From Octopus vulgaris (Eukaryota), in NCBI GenBank assembly GCA_951406725.2, contig OX597826.1, forward strand, positions 20,398,001 through 20,462,000: a DNA stretch of 64,000 bases. The letters run 5' to 3'. This document shows, piece after piece, positions 12,584 through 23,906 of the stretch (position 1 is its first letter; every line of letters begins with the position of its first letter). A program made the position numbers and the translations under genes. The notes beneath the pieces are model-generated. The model ran no database searches and was not told the DNA's origin. It was given only the letters and a program-made list of their open reading frames with translations.

Positions 12584-14473
12584 ATCGAGATGAAGGTAGG
12601 CAGTGGTTAATATACTTACAATTACATAAGAAGAGATGCTCATACCTTGATTGTTATTGATGATGTGTCTGTTGAATCAGGGCTACATTAGGGCAACGTA
12701 ACACCAACAACAACAACAACGACGACACAGAATAGGGTTTTTCAGATTGCCAAGGGAGATAAGAAAGGTACAAGTAATAGTGAAAAATCTTCATGTTTAA
12801 CACTGCAGGATATATCACAAGTATTTAAACTCGTAGTAGACTCTTATCAAGGAGAGAAAGAGGAAGAGAAGGAGTGAAAGAAGGAGAAAGAGAAAGAGAG
12901 AGCGAGAGAAGGAGAGAGCGCGAGTAAAAAAGAAAGAGGGAGGGAAAGAGAGAGAGAAAGGAGAGAGATAGAGGGGAAAGAGAGAAGGAGAGAAAGAGAG
13001 GGGAGAAAGAGAAGGAGGAAGAGGAGAGAGAAAGATGGAAGGAAAGAGAGAAAGAAAGTGAGAGAAATATACGTTCAGAGAGAGTGAGAAGGAGAGCGGG
13101 AGAGAAAGAAGGAGAGAGACGGAGAGAGAGGGAGAGATAAAAATGAGAGAGGGGAGAGAGAAAGAGAGAGCGGAAGAGGTTTTTACAATATATCCATCTC
13201 ATCGTGAATATTCGAAATTAAAAGCTGATTCTGTACTGGATGAACTCCACAACAGCACATAGCAACACCCACAGTTATGCATGGCGATCTTTACAAGATA
13301 AATATATTGACTGGATATGAAAAGCATGTTGAAGGGATCCGGGATACAACCGGAAACTTCACAACGTGCCAACGGCGCAGCTTCGACGAGGTTGCTTGAC
13401 TTAGTCGAAAGAGCCGCCAAATCTTCCTGAAATTATTCTCCATAGTTTTAAAATAAAGGATTCATAGTCTTTGACATACGAAAAAGACCTGGCAGTCAAG
13501 GCTAGAACGCATTGGATCATACACTTATTAGATCACAGCTGACCTGGGGTTAAACGACAGAAGCAGCAGTAGCAGCAACAGCAACAACAACTTCACGCTG
13601 TCAAAATTCTACAACCGGAAGTGATCTTGAAGATGTTCAAACAAGGGAGACGGCTGTAGCGGTATTGTAACAATAGGGGCGGAGGGAAGTGATAAGAACG
13701 AATACCTCAACTAAACACAGCATGAATAGTGTGGAGTTGTTTGTTTCAGACCATTTCAAGAATTCTACAAGCTGGAATGGACAGTCAATGATTACAGACT
13801 CATTCCGAAAATCAATGGGAATATCCCGCAAACCTGGATTTCATGAAATCTATATGACTAACCCGGTGGAGGAATGATCAAATTACTGATTGAGGAAACG
13901 GGACAATATTTATTGTAAAGTTTGTGTCCTATGTTTGGTAAAAGTCCGGGAATTTGGTGGGGTGGGGAAGAAGAATAGTTGCATATTATATTAAGGTAAA
14001 TCTTTGAAGGACCTGGGACATCCAAGACAAGGATTGGTCTGTTTAAATCCAGTTGAAATTTTATTTAGCGCCGTCATAACATGTCAAATAAATTTGAGAT
14101 TTTACAATTTTACAATTTAACTGAGGACTTTATAAAAATGAGTTATGATTTTGTAACATTGTGATATTCTACTCTTATGACACTCTGGGCACCCAATAAG
14201 GACATCATTATTAAATAGATTAATAATAAACTTTTTGTAATACGTACCTACCTACTTTCTATCTAGCTACCCGCCTTTTCACCTACATACCTACAAACTC
14301 ACCTGCCTACCTCACCTGACGTGATATATCTACACCAGGGGATGCAACACGACCGGTTGTATAGTCCCGCAAGATGGGTCGAAACGATCATTGTGATTAA
14401 TAAAGAATTTCATGAATTCCATTTTCCGTTTCCCTCATTTCTTTATACATACATACATACATACGTACATACA

Positions 14474-14567
<94 letters not shown>

Positions 14568-14569
<2 letters not shown>

Positions 14570-14969
14570 CGCAGGAGTGGCTGTGTGGTAAGTAGCTTGC
14601 TAACCAACCACATGGTTCCGGGTTCAGTACCACTGCGTGGCATCTTGGGCAAGTGTCTTCTTCTATAGCCCCGGGCCGACCAATGCCTTGTGAGTGGATT
14701 TGGTAGACGGAAACTGAAAGAAGCCTGTCGTATATATGTATATATATATGTGTGTGTGTGTTTGTGTTTGTCCCTCTAGCATTGCTTGACAACCGATGCT
14801 GGTGTGTTTACGTCCCCGTCACTTAGAGGTTCGTCAAAAGAGACCGATAGAATAAGTACTGGGCTTACAAAGAATAAGTCCCGGGGTCGATTTGCTCGAC
14901 TAAAGGCGGTGCTCCAGCATGGCCGCTGTCAAATGACTGAAACAAGTAAAAGAGTAAAAGAGAGAGTAA

Positions 14970-14970
<1 letters not shown>
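14568..14970 (+). mobile_element. Full-length tRNA-derived SINE
   Basis: GGCGCAGGAGTGGCTGTGTGGTAA (A-box) ... GGTTCAGTACC (B-box), internal (TA/TG) tract and (AGAGTAAA)n tail; closely similar to 15400-15815. Confidence 0.88.
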
Positions 14971-15009
<39 letters not shown>

Positions 15010-15034
15010 ATATATATACACACACATATATATC

Positions 15035-15400
15035 TCGCTCAGAGATTTATTATTGTTTTTTTCCACTTTTTCGAGATCAGTGACTTTTCGTCACTGGAAA
15101 AAGTATATATATTTGCATTGAGAATCATTTCCCATCGCCAACTGGTGGTTGTCATACGCTGATGACGGGTCAATACCCAGAAACTCGGGGTCGTGTGCAT
15201 CACGTCAGGTTGGAGATGGGAACGATAACTTCCTTTTGCAAATACTGATAGGGCACAGAAAGTGTGTCAATAGCCAGCTGGAGGAGATGTCTTCCTGGGG
15301 CTACAAGCTACAGTAGCATAAACCCTTAAGGGTTAGCCACATTTAGGTGGCAAATATATTTCACGATGTCGTGCGGCTACTGTTTGTACTTCGCTCAGAG
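15035..15400 (+). mobile_element. ~356-bp hammerhead-containing unit (retrozyme/PLE pseudo-LTR-like)
   Basis: TCGCTCAGAG at 15035-15044 and again at 15391-15400; hammerhead core at 15153-15197; no ORF. Confidence 0.6.
15153..15197 (+). ncRNA. Minimal type I hammerhead ribozyme, slightly degenerate
   Basis: CATACG-CTGATGA-CGGGT(CAAT)ACCCA-GAAAC-TCGGG-GTC-GTGTG. The core boxes and stem II are present; stem I is one nucleotide out of register at the cleavage site. Confidence 0.6.
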
Positions 15401-15814
15401 GCGCAGGAGTGGCTGTGTGGTAAGTAGCTTGCTTACCAACCACATGATTCCGGGTTCAGTCTCACTGCGTGGCATCTTGGGCAAGTGTCTTCTGCTATAG
15501 CCTCGGGCCGACTAATGCCTTGTGAGTGGATTTGGTAGACGGAAACTGAAAGAAGCCTGTCGTATATATGTATATATATATATGCATGTGTGTGTATATT
15601 TGTGTGTCTGTATTTGTCCCCCTAGCATTGCTTGACAACCGATGCTGGTGTGTTTACGTCCCCGTCACTTAGCGGTTCGGCAAAGAGACCGATAGAATAA
15701 GTACTGGGCTTACAAAGAACAAGTCCCAGGGTCGAGTTGCTCGATTAAAGGCGGTGCTCCAGCATGGCCGCAGTCAAGTGACTGAAACAAGTAAAAGAAT
15801 AAAAGAATAAAAGA

Positions 15815-15815
<1 letters not shown>
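15400..15815 (+). mobile_element. Full-length tRNA-derived SINE (second copy)
   Basis: Closely similar to 14568-14970; tail (AATAAAAG)n. Confidence 0.88.
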
Positions 15816-15856
<41 letters not shown>

Positions 15857-15863
15857 ATATATG

Positions 15864-15960
<97 letters not shown>

Positions 15961-16453
15961 ACACGCCCTCAAAACAAAATGTTTTCTATAATTGTCCTGC
16001 AAAGTCGATATTCCAGACAGGTAGTTACAGTTCAAACTTAGTATTTGAAATGTAATAAATAGATTGATAGATAAAACACTTAAAAGTCTACCGAAAGAAA
16101 AATAATTTCTATTTATCAGAATGTGAGCCTTTAGATTTTGATAGAAGAGAAATGATTAGGAAGAGGAGAGGCAAAAAAAGATCTATGTACGAGAAAGGGA
16201 TGAAGACTAACAGAGGTGATAAAAGAACATACACCGAAAATAATGATGCCATAGTCAGTGGATGTCTTGGATATGAGGCCACAGGCTGCTCACATTAAAC
16301 TTGTTCAGTTTTGTCTTGTTTTTAATAACTTTTTTCTTCATTATTGGACGGTTCGAGTGGAATATCATTTTTTCTTACGAGGAGTTCTTACAATCTACCT
16401 CTACTCACGCCCCTTCTTACAACGTAGTATGATCTCTCTGTCCCTATATCAAT

Positions 16454-16629
<176 letters not shown>

Positions 16630-18106
16630 CTATCTATAGTTAGACAGATAGATGAGAAAAAGGGAGAAAATCGACCTCAGTACTTTTATCGATCCTTGGA
16701 AAAAAAAAAAAAAAAGGGAAGGCGACCTGAGTGGAATTTGAACTGAGAGGAAATAGAGTAAAGAATCCTACCCGACGCTCTAACGACTTTGCCAGTCCAG
16801 CACTTTGCAGAATCTATAAACAGAATGAAATGAAATACAATTTAATTCTTCCGAAATTAATATCCACCTCAAAGAAATAAAATTTAATTTACTTTCGCAT
16901 GTTTTCTAGTCGATGTGTGTGTCATATAGGGAAGGTGTGTGAAGTTTATTCCGGATAAAAACATATTTATTTAGCATCTTATGAAGGGAGTTGTAATTGT
17001 TTAGCTTCAGGGTAAACCTGATAGAACAAATCTAAGATCAAAGACATTCCAACCATAACCATCCCATCTTTTTAGGTGTAAATAGGACTACATTATCCAA
17101 TGTGTCCTTCCCTTTTCCTACTTTATAAAGTACGATTCGAAAGAGTTTTGGTTGTTATTTCTAGCGACCAGCATAAATGTTCTCTATTTGGCGCCTTGAT
17201 GGAAGCAAAGGTGTAGCTGTTAGCTTAATAATGGAAATACAATTAGTGTGATGTGTTGCTGTTTATTAATTTGGGGATGCAGGAGAATTTTATTAAACAA
17301 ATGTAAACATTATATTGTGAAAGTTTTATCTTTACAGTTCAACTTGTTTCATATATAGCTGGCAGTAAATGTAAAATGACTAACTTCCCTCTAAAATTTA
17401 CATTATATTAAGCAAATTGAGACCGAAAAATATGAATTCTTCCATGTTTACCAGAACTGAACTAGAAGCATACAATAAACGGCCAATCTTTATGTTTATT
17501 CTATAGTCAATATTTTTAGAAATTGTATCTATACCTAAGGAAGAATTTAAACTGAAGTTTCCAGAAACACCTCAACCGTAACCGAATATTGAGCAATATT
17601 CACCAGTTTATCACTTCAGTTTTAATATTTCCAACTATTTGAATGCAATTTCTTGACAGAAGAACGGCACAATATTTCAATATTTCTGTCCGTCCGCGCA
17701 CTGAACTCTGTTTATGTACGGTCGCAGCCAGCACATAATTTCGTTTGCGGAAGTATAGGCATTAGAGGCGTAGTCAGTCGACCGAATGAAATATTAATGC
17801 GCTACAATTTCGCTGTTCTTATTTAGCCTGGAGCCAAGCCTCCCGGGACCGCTTTCGGAAGACGATGATGCTGTTTCACTGTAAACAATTGATTTAATGT
17901 GATCAAGCAAACGCAAGCCGACGATGGCTTGCAATTTTTAACCACTGTCAAAATCCAATATCAGATGTCCTGAAGGCCGAAAAACAAGAGAGGAACGAAA
18001 GAGAAATGGGAGAGATAAAGAGAAAGAAAGAGAGAGAGAAATCATACAGTGAGAGAAAATAAAAGAGTTAAGAAAGTTACAGAGAGAGAGCGAGAGAAAG
18101 AGAGAT

Positions 18107-18145
<39 letters not shown>

Positions 18146-18726
18146 GTGTTGGAAGAATCATATAGTGAGATAGAGAAAATAGGGAAGTCACAAAGTGGAG
18201 AGAGAAAGAGAGAGACGGAGAGAGAGAGAAAACGAAAAGTATCGGAGAAAGAGAGGGAGACAGAGTGAGAGAAAGAGAGTAAAACGAACCGAGACTCAGA
18301 AAAGGAGAAATTAGAAGAATCATAGAGACGTGAAAGAGAAGATATATTAGAAAGGGGGGGGGGAGAGATGGAGAGGTAGAGAAAGAGAGAGAAAGAGAGG
18401 GAGAGAGAAAGAACAAAACTACCGAAGGTTTGGGAAAGGAAAGGAGAAGAGAGGAGGAAGGGAGGGTGAAAGAAAAAATGGCGGAGAAGCTAATCTGTGG
18501 AGTAAAGTAATTTGGTGTTTGAGACGGTTGTTATATTGAGGACGGTGATAAGCAATTGCGATGATTTAGCAAATATCTAACTACAGAGTTATTTCTGTTG
18601 AAAAGTTGGGAAGGGAACCAGCACGAGGCAAGATCGAATTAGAGTCAGTTCTTTGCGTCAGACTGATATCATTACACACACACACGCACGCACACATGCA
18701 CACATGTATGTATATGTATGTATATA

Positions 18727-18791
<65 letters not shown>

Positions 18792-18841
18792 ATGTATACA
18801 CACACACATACACATACACAGACGCATGCATGCATATATAG

Positions 18842-18888
<47 letters not shown>

Positions 18889-18961
18889 ATATGTATAGCG
18901 TTCCAAGAACCTTCAGTTTCGAATTAATATACACGCTCTACTACATTGAGTAATCTATCTA

Positions 18962-19108
<147 letters not shown>

Positions 19109-19778
19109 GCCTATCCATTAATAAAAGCAGATTTAAGAAGTCTCTACTTCACTGATAAGGTTAAATAAAACCGAAATGTACGTGTAGCAACCCCACCCTC
19201 TCCTAATAGAGATATATCAGTATATAGTTTGAATAAACTCAGCCATTGGGCCATGCTGAGTATCACTTTGAAAATTTTTTGCTTCAATTTTTCGACGGTG
19301 GATTGGTATAATCGTTGGAACATCGGACAAAATGGCCTGCGGTGTTTATATGTGTATCGCTACTTTCTGAGTTCAAATTACACCTTCGATGTCAACTTTA
19401 CCTTTTAGTCTTTTGGTGTTGATAATATAAAGAACCAGTGAAGTAGTGAGATCGATTAATACTCCTAAAATTAATTCAGGACATGAATGAAATTATAAAA
19501 ATATACCAAATGTGGGAAAATACCAAAATCAGTCTGGGTGCAAAAAGACTTGTATTAATTGCGCGTGCGCGCATGTATGGATGAAAGGACGGATGCTTCT
19601 ATGCATATATATGTATATATATGTGTGTGTGTGCGTCTGTGCGCGCACACACACACACATATATATATATACACATGTGCGCATACATGGACAAACGAAA
19701 AGAAGTGGCTCTCAATACATATGGTAGCAGTTACATATATTTAATAACAGTTTGTTTCTGATGCCGCTTGAAGCTTCG

Positions 19779-19833
19779 TTGGCTCGTCAAACCAACCTAA
19801 CTCGTCAGGCATGTAGAACCGAATATATATATA

Positions 19834-19886
<53 letters not shown>

Positions 19887-19962
19887 ATTCATATATTCAT
19901 ATATAAACATGTACGTATACATTGGCTCGTCAAACCAACCTACTCGTCAGGCCTGTGGAACC

Positions 19963-20032
<70 letters not shown>

Positions 20033-20070
20033 ATTCATATATTCATATATAAACATGTACGTATACATAT
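19779..20070. repeat. Local tandem duplication, ~143-bp unit
   Basis: TTGGCTCGTCAAACCAACCTA..GAACCGAA(TA)n..ATTCATATATAAACATGTACGTATACA occurs at 19779 and at 19922. Confidence 0.85.
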
Positions 20071-20199
20071 ATATGCATGAATATATATATATATTCACAC
20101 ACACACACACACACATACACATATATATATATATATATGCATACCTACATATATGTATGTCTGTGTGTGTGCATATGTATATGCCCAGCTATCAAACAG

Positions 20200-21790
20200 A
20201 CAGTACTCTGGAGAATATTTTATCAAACATATGCTTGAAAATCCTCATTATCCAGTTATAAACAGAGAGAATAAAGTGAATAAATCCTATTTCCTCATCT
20301 TACAATTGTTTCATCTGAATTCGATCTCATGGGTACTGCTTTATTATGCAATAATATATGCAACTATTGTTTCATGAGGTGTCACTATTTTGTGTCGAAA
20401 TTCGCCCCTTCAGAATTATACATAAAAATCATTTGCTGTTATTACTTGAATTATCAATAATATATATTCATATCGAGTTGGACGTGTTTAAGTGGTTACA
20501 TTTGCATATTACAAAGCAAATCCCTAGTGGATTTTCTAATAGATATTTTATTTGCTTTTGTTGAAAGAAGGATGGATTGAAAAAGAATAGAAAAAACCCC
20601 AGAACAACGAATGTTTTCGCTTTTAGACAATATTATAAGTTATAGGCTTGTTTACAGTTTCTATTTCAAAAAGTATCTTTATAATAATGTTCATCAAGAG
20701 GTATATTTATTTTACCGGAATCGCAGACATATCTTTGTAATTTTATTGCAGAGGAATCTTTTTGTCTGTTACATTATAGACGTCAGCCAAATATTGGCAT
20801 TATAGAAAGGTTAAATGTTATTTACCACAGAATTCAGCGGTCACACGCACGAGCAAGGCAAATTAAGAAGACATAGATGCCATTATGATATGTCTTACCA
20901 AAATGAAAAAAAAAAAAACACAAACAGGTAAATAAATGTTTATACATACAGACTTAAACGAAAATACGTTATTCAGAAAGATGAACAAATAAAAAGAATT
21001 CTCGCTTCTTACATCCATTCTAATTGACTCGGTCAAATTTTCAAACACAGGATGGTCTGTTATAAATGAATAATGTAAAGATAATAGTACCCCAGCGGAC
21101 ACTTTCATAAAGCTATTAAAATTTAAAAGTTCCTATTGTTTCAAGAAAATTCCTTCTTATCACATGATATGTATACTCCTGATATATTTGTATAGAGGCC
21201 CGTTTAGAAACCTCCCCCAAAATTGTTTTCGGATGGCAACCGAAATAATTAGTAATTTTCTAATAGATATTTTATTTGCATTTGTTGAAAGTTTTTCCTA
21301 ACTTATAGTGGCATCTTATAATAAGTTCAGAGTGTCTATTAATCAGTTTTTTTTCCATTAGATAATAAAATACACAATACCTCTGCTAAACAAAGACTAC
21401 ACGACTTAGAATTCCCGTTCCACGGGTATGCAGTCCTTACTGCAAACAAGGAAATGTTGCATGGAATCTTCCTTTCTATCAAATGCCAGATGAGGTTAGT
21501 CAAAGAAGTATTATGTTTCTTGTTTATATCTCAAAATGATGCAAAGGGGTTACGCCATCTAAAAATCTCAATTCGTTCCTTTCAGGCCCGACAGGAGCAT
21601 TTATATACAATATTCTTACGAAAACAGTTGTTATCCAAAAGACAAGCATTTCTATTTCTAAAATTACATCTTTTAACATTATCAGTTATATTACCATTAC
21701 TAGCGTTACTGAATCTTTTTTCCATTCGATTTCTCATATTACCACCACTCCTATTATCATCATCATCATCATCATTATTATTATTATTAT
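20200..21790 (-). mobile_element. Decayed Penelope-like element (GIY-YIG end plus pseudo-LTR region)
   Basis: GIY-YIG coding relic at 21285-21790. A 37-bp direct repeat at 21255-21291 and 20531-20567 fits tandem pseudo-LTR organisation. Decayed hammerhead-like motifs at ~20362-20413 and ~20655-20702. The left boundary is approximate. Confidence 0.7.
21285..21790 (-). pseudogene. Penelope GIY-YIG endonuclease relic with N/D-rich linker
   Basis: Manual minus-strand translation: NNDDDDDDNRSGG...RCNFRNRNACLLDNNCFRKNIVYKC, then after disruptions KHNTSLTNLIWHLIERK...TAYPWNGNSKSCSLCLAEVLCIL...LINRHSELIIRCH. This matches the PLE pattern CNCR..CPL..C..VYK / LS..IW.LK / CNLCL.EK / LN.R.EL...CRH. Confidence 0.8.
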
Positions 21791-22020
21791 TCCTTCCGAC
21801 GCCGATGGACGTGTCTGAAAAGGCTCCGTGAATTTGGTACCAATTTCATTGGAAATCTACTGATAAGTTTTGATATTTTTTAATATCTTTGTAGCCAAAC
21901 CGACCGGCTTCTTGCGGAGCTCGTCGGTTGGGCGAAATTTTGCCCCATTCGGGGTGAAATTACGTTTTGAAATTTTGAACATTTGACATTTTTCAACATT
22001 TTGAATATTACAAAAAAAAC

Positions 22021-23868
22021 ATGGCTATGAAGCGAACAGTTGGCTGTTCCTTCCTTCAAGATACATTCCCTCCGCAAACACACACAACTCGTCCAAAACA
22101 CCCACTTCACGCCTTAAAAGGCAACAAAGATTCTCCTTCCGAACCGGAGAGCACGCGCTCCGTTCGAAAGGAGAATGCAAGCCAGGACGTCGCGTTCGAC
22201 GTAATCCCCGATTTTCCCCCTCTGCCTTCACCCAATGCTTTGGTACGGAAGGAGGAGGAAGGAAAAACAAATACAAAAATCATTACAAACATTGACACGG
22301 AGAAAAATGAAAAAACTTCCAACAATTTTGCTTCTGCTGCGAAGCAAATTTCGGAGGAAGTTAAGATAACTCTAGAAGATGTGAAAAGAGCGAAGGAGTT
22401 GTTGAGGAAGGATGGCAATGGCATCTTCCTCAATACTCCACAAGAGGTGATTGAAAGCACAAACAAGAAAACAATCATATACAAAGTTTTCGACAGAAAA
22501 CTAAAAAGAATGACAAATGCCACACCCCAACAGTTAGAGATAGCTCTAAAGCCCATTTGGGCCCAAAAGAGCTACGTAACCAAGGGGAAGCGTTTTGGAA
22601 CCGTGGAGGTTCGCTTCCCAACAGAGGAGCTTGCAAGGGCGAACGCCATTTCGCCCTTGCAAACTGAGAATTTGTTACTAGTTCCGACCCACCTCGGGCG
22701 AAGAGTAACAAAAATAAAAATCGACCTCGCTCCCCCTGAGCTAGATATGTCATGGCTGGTGGCAGCTGTCCTCTATGATATAGAGGACACTACCACCATT
22801 CTAGATGTCAGGAGAGTGAGGGCGAAAAACTGGTTGGGGATGGGAGTGCTGCTTCTTGCGCAAATTCAGCAAGAGAATATAAGTAAAGTCCCTGATTTCG
22901 TAAGTTTGCCGGACGGCACCAGGCTAAACGTTGCTGTGGAGGGGCGAAAGCCAAAATGTTTCCTCTGCAGCAGCGAAAGCCACTTAAAGAGGGACTGCCC
23001 CATTCACAAAAAGAGGATGGAGGCTTTCAGCAAGAGGCAGCAGCAACAACAACAACAACAACAACAACACAAGCAACAACAACAGAAACAACAAAAACAG
23101 CACGAAACACCAAAAGCTGCCACACCACCAACACCATCACCAGAACCAAGACGAACAACACCACCTCCAACAACAACAACCACCACCAAACCAACACCGA
23201 CAACCACCACCAAACCAACACCGACACCAGTACCTCGAAGGTCGACAGCAGCGACATCAACAGCAACAGGAGCAGCGGCACCACCGATACCGGCGGAACC
23301 AAAAACCTTTCGTCCTGCTACTGAAGCAGACCCCTCAACCATTCCTTTGCCGGATGAAGAGTCGGATTGTGCGAGCTCTGATTCCAACAAAGGAGAATGG
23401 AGTATAGTGCCTCCAAAGAAGAAAAGGAGGAAAAAACAAAAAGATTTACAGGGGAAGCACGAACAAATAGTGCTTCCCAACATCAACAACAACAACAACA
23501 ACAACACACACTCACAACAACAAACAACAACAACACTTTCGACACCACTACTGCCACTGCCACACACACAAACACACACAGACACAATTACATCAATAAA
23601 CACAAAGAACCAAAAACTAGTGGAGTACTTAAAAAACAAAACTAGTACAAATATAACCGATTTCATCATACCAACACGAAACACACCACCAGCACACATT
23701 CTCACAATAAAAATAAATACAAAAACATATGATGAAATCAAACAAATATTCCCTAACGATGTGGGATCGCTAGGGAAAAGTTTCTCGAAGAAACTTTATA
23801 AAAACATTGTGGAAGCACCCGTGCAAAAGCACAAGGGAGCCACCCCCACCACCAACAACAGTAAGTAG
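22021..23868 (+). CDS. Tx1-type ORF1 (gag-like nucleic-acid-binding protein with CCHC zinc knuckle)
   Basis: 615-aa open ORF with CFLCSSESHLKRDC (CX2CX4HX4C), a Q/T/P-rich low-complexity region and a basic KKKRRKK patch; directly upstream of APE-RT. Confidence 0.88.
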   Translation: MAMKRTVGCSFLQDTFPPQTHTTRPKHPLHALKGNKDSPSEPESTRSVRKENASQDVAFDVIPDFPPLPSPNALVRKEEEGKTNTKIITNIDTEKNEKTSNNFASAAKQISEEVKITLEDVKRAKELLRKDGNGIFLNTPQEVIESTNKKTIIYKVFDRKLKRMTNATPQQLEIALKPIWAQKSYVTKGKRFGTVEVRFPTEELARANAISPLQTENLLLVPTHLGRRVTKIKIDLAPPELDMSWLVAAVLYDIEDTTTILDVRRVRAKNWLGMGVLLLAQIQQENISKVPDFVSLPDGTRLNVAVEGRKPKCFLCSSESHLKRDCPIHKKRMEAFSKRQQQQQQQQQQHKQQQQKQQKQHETPKAATPPTPSPEPRRTTPPPTTTTTTKPTPTTTTKPTPTPVPRRSTAATSTATGAAAPPIPAEPKTFRPATEADPSTIPLPDEESDCASSDSNKGEWSIVPPKKKRRKKQKDLQGKHEQIVLPNINNNNNNNTHSQQQTTTTLSTPLLPLPHTQTHTDTITSINTKNQKLVEYLKNKTSTNITDFIIPTRNTPPAHILTIKINTKTYDEIKQIFPNDVGSLGKSFSKKLYKNIVEAPVQKHKGATPTTNNSK

Positions 23869-23906
23869 AGCCTTTTTTCTCCTTTTTTTCCCCCTACTTT
23901 TGAGAC

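Noticed and set aside
14568-14640. Possible tRNA genes at SINE heads (also 11041, 15400)
   Set aside because: A and B boxes are present, but there is no full cloverleaf and they continue into SINE bodies.
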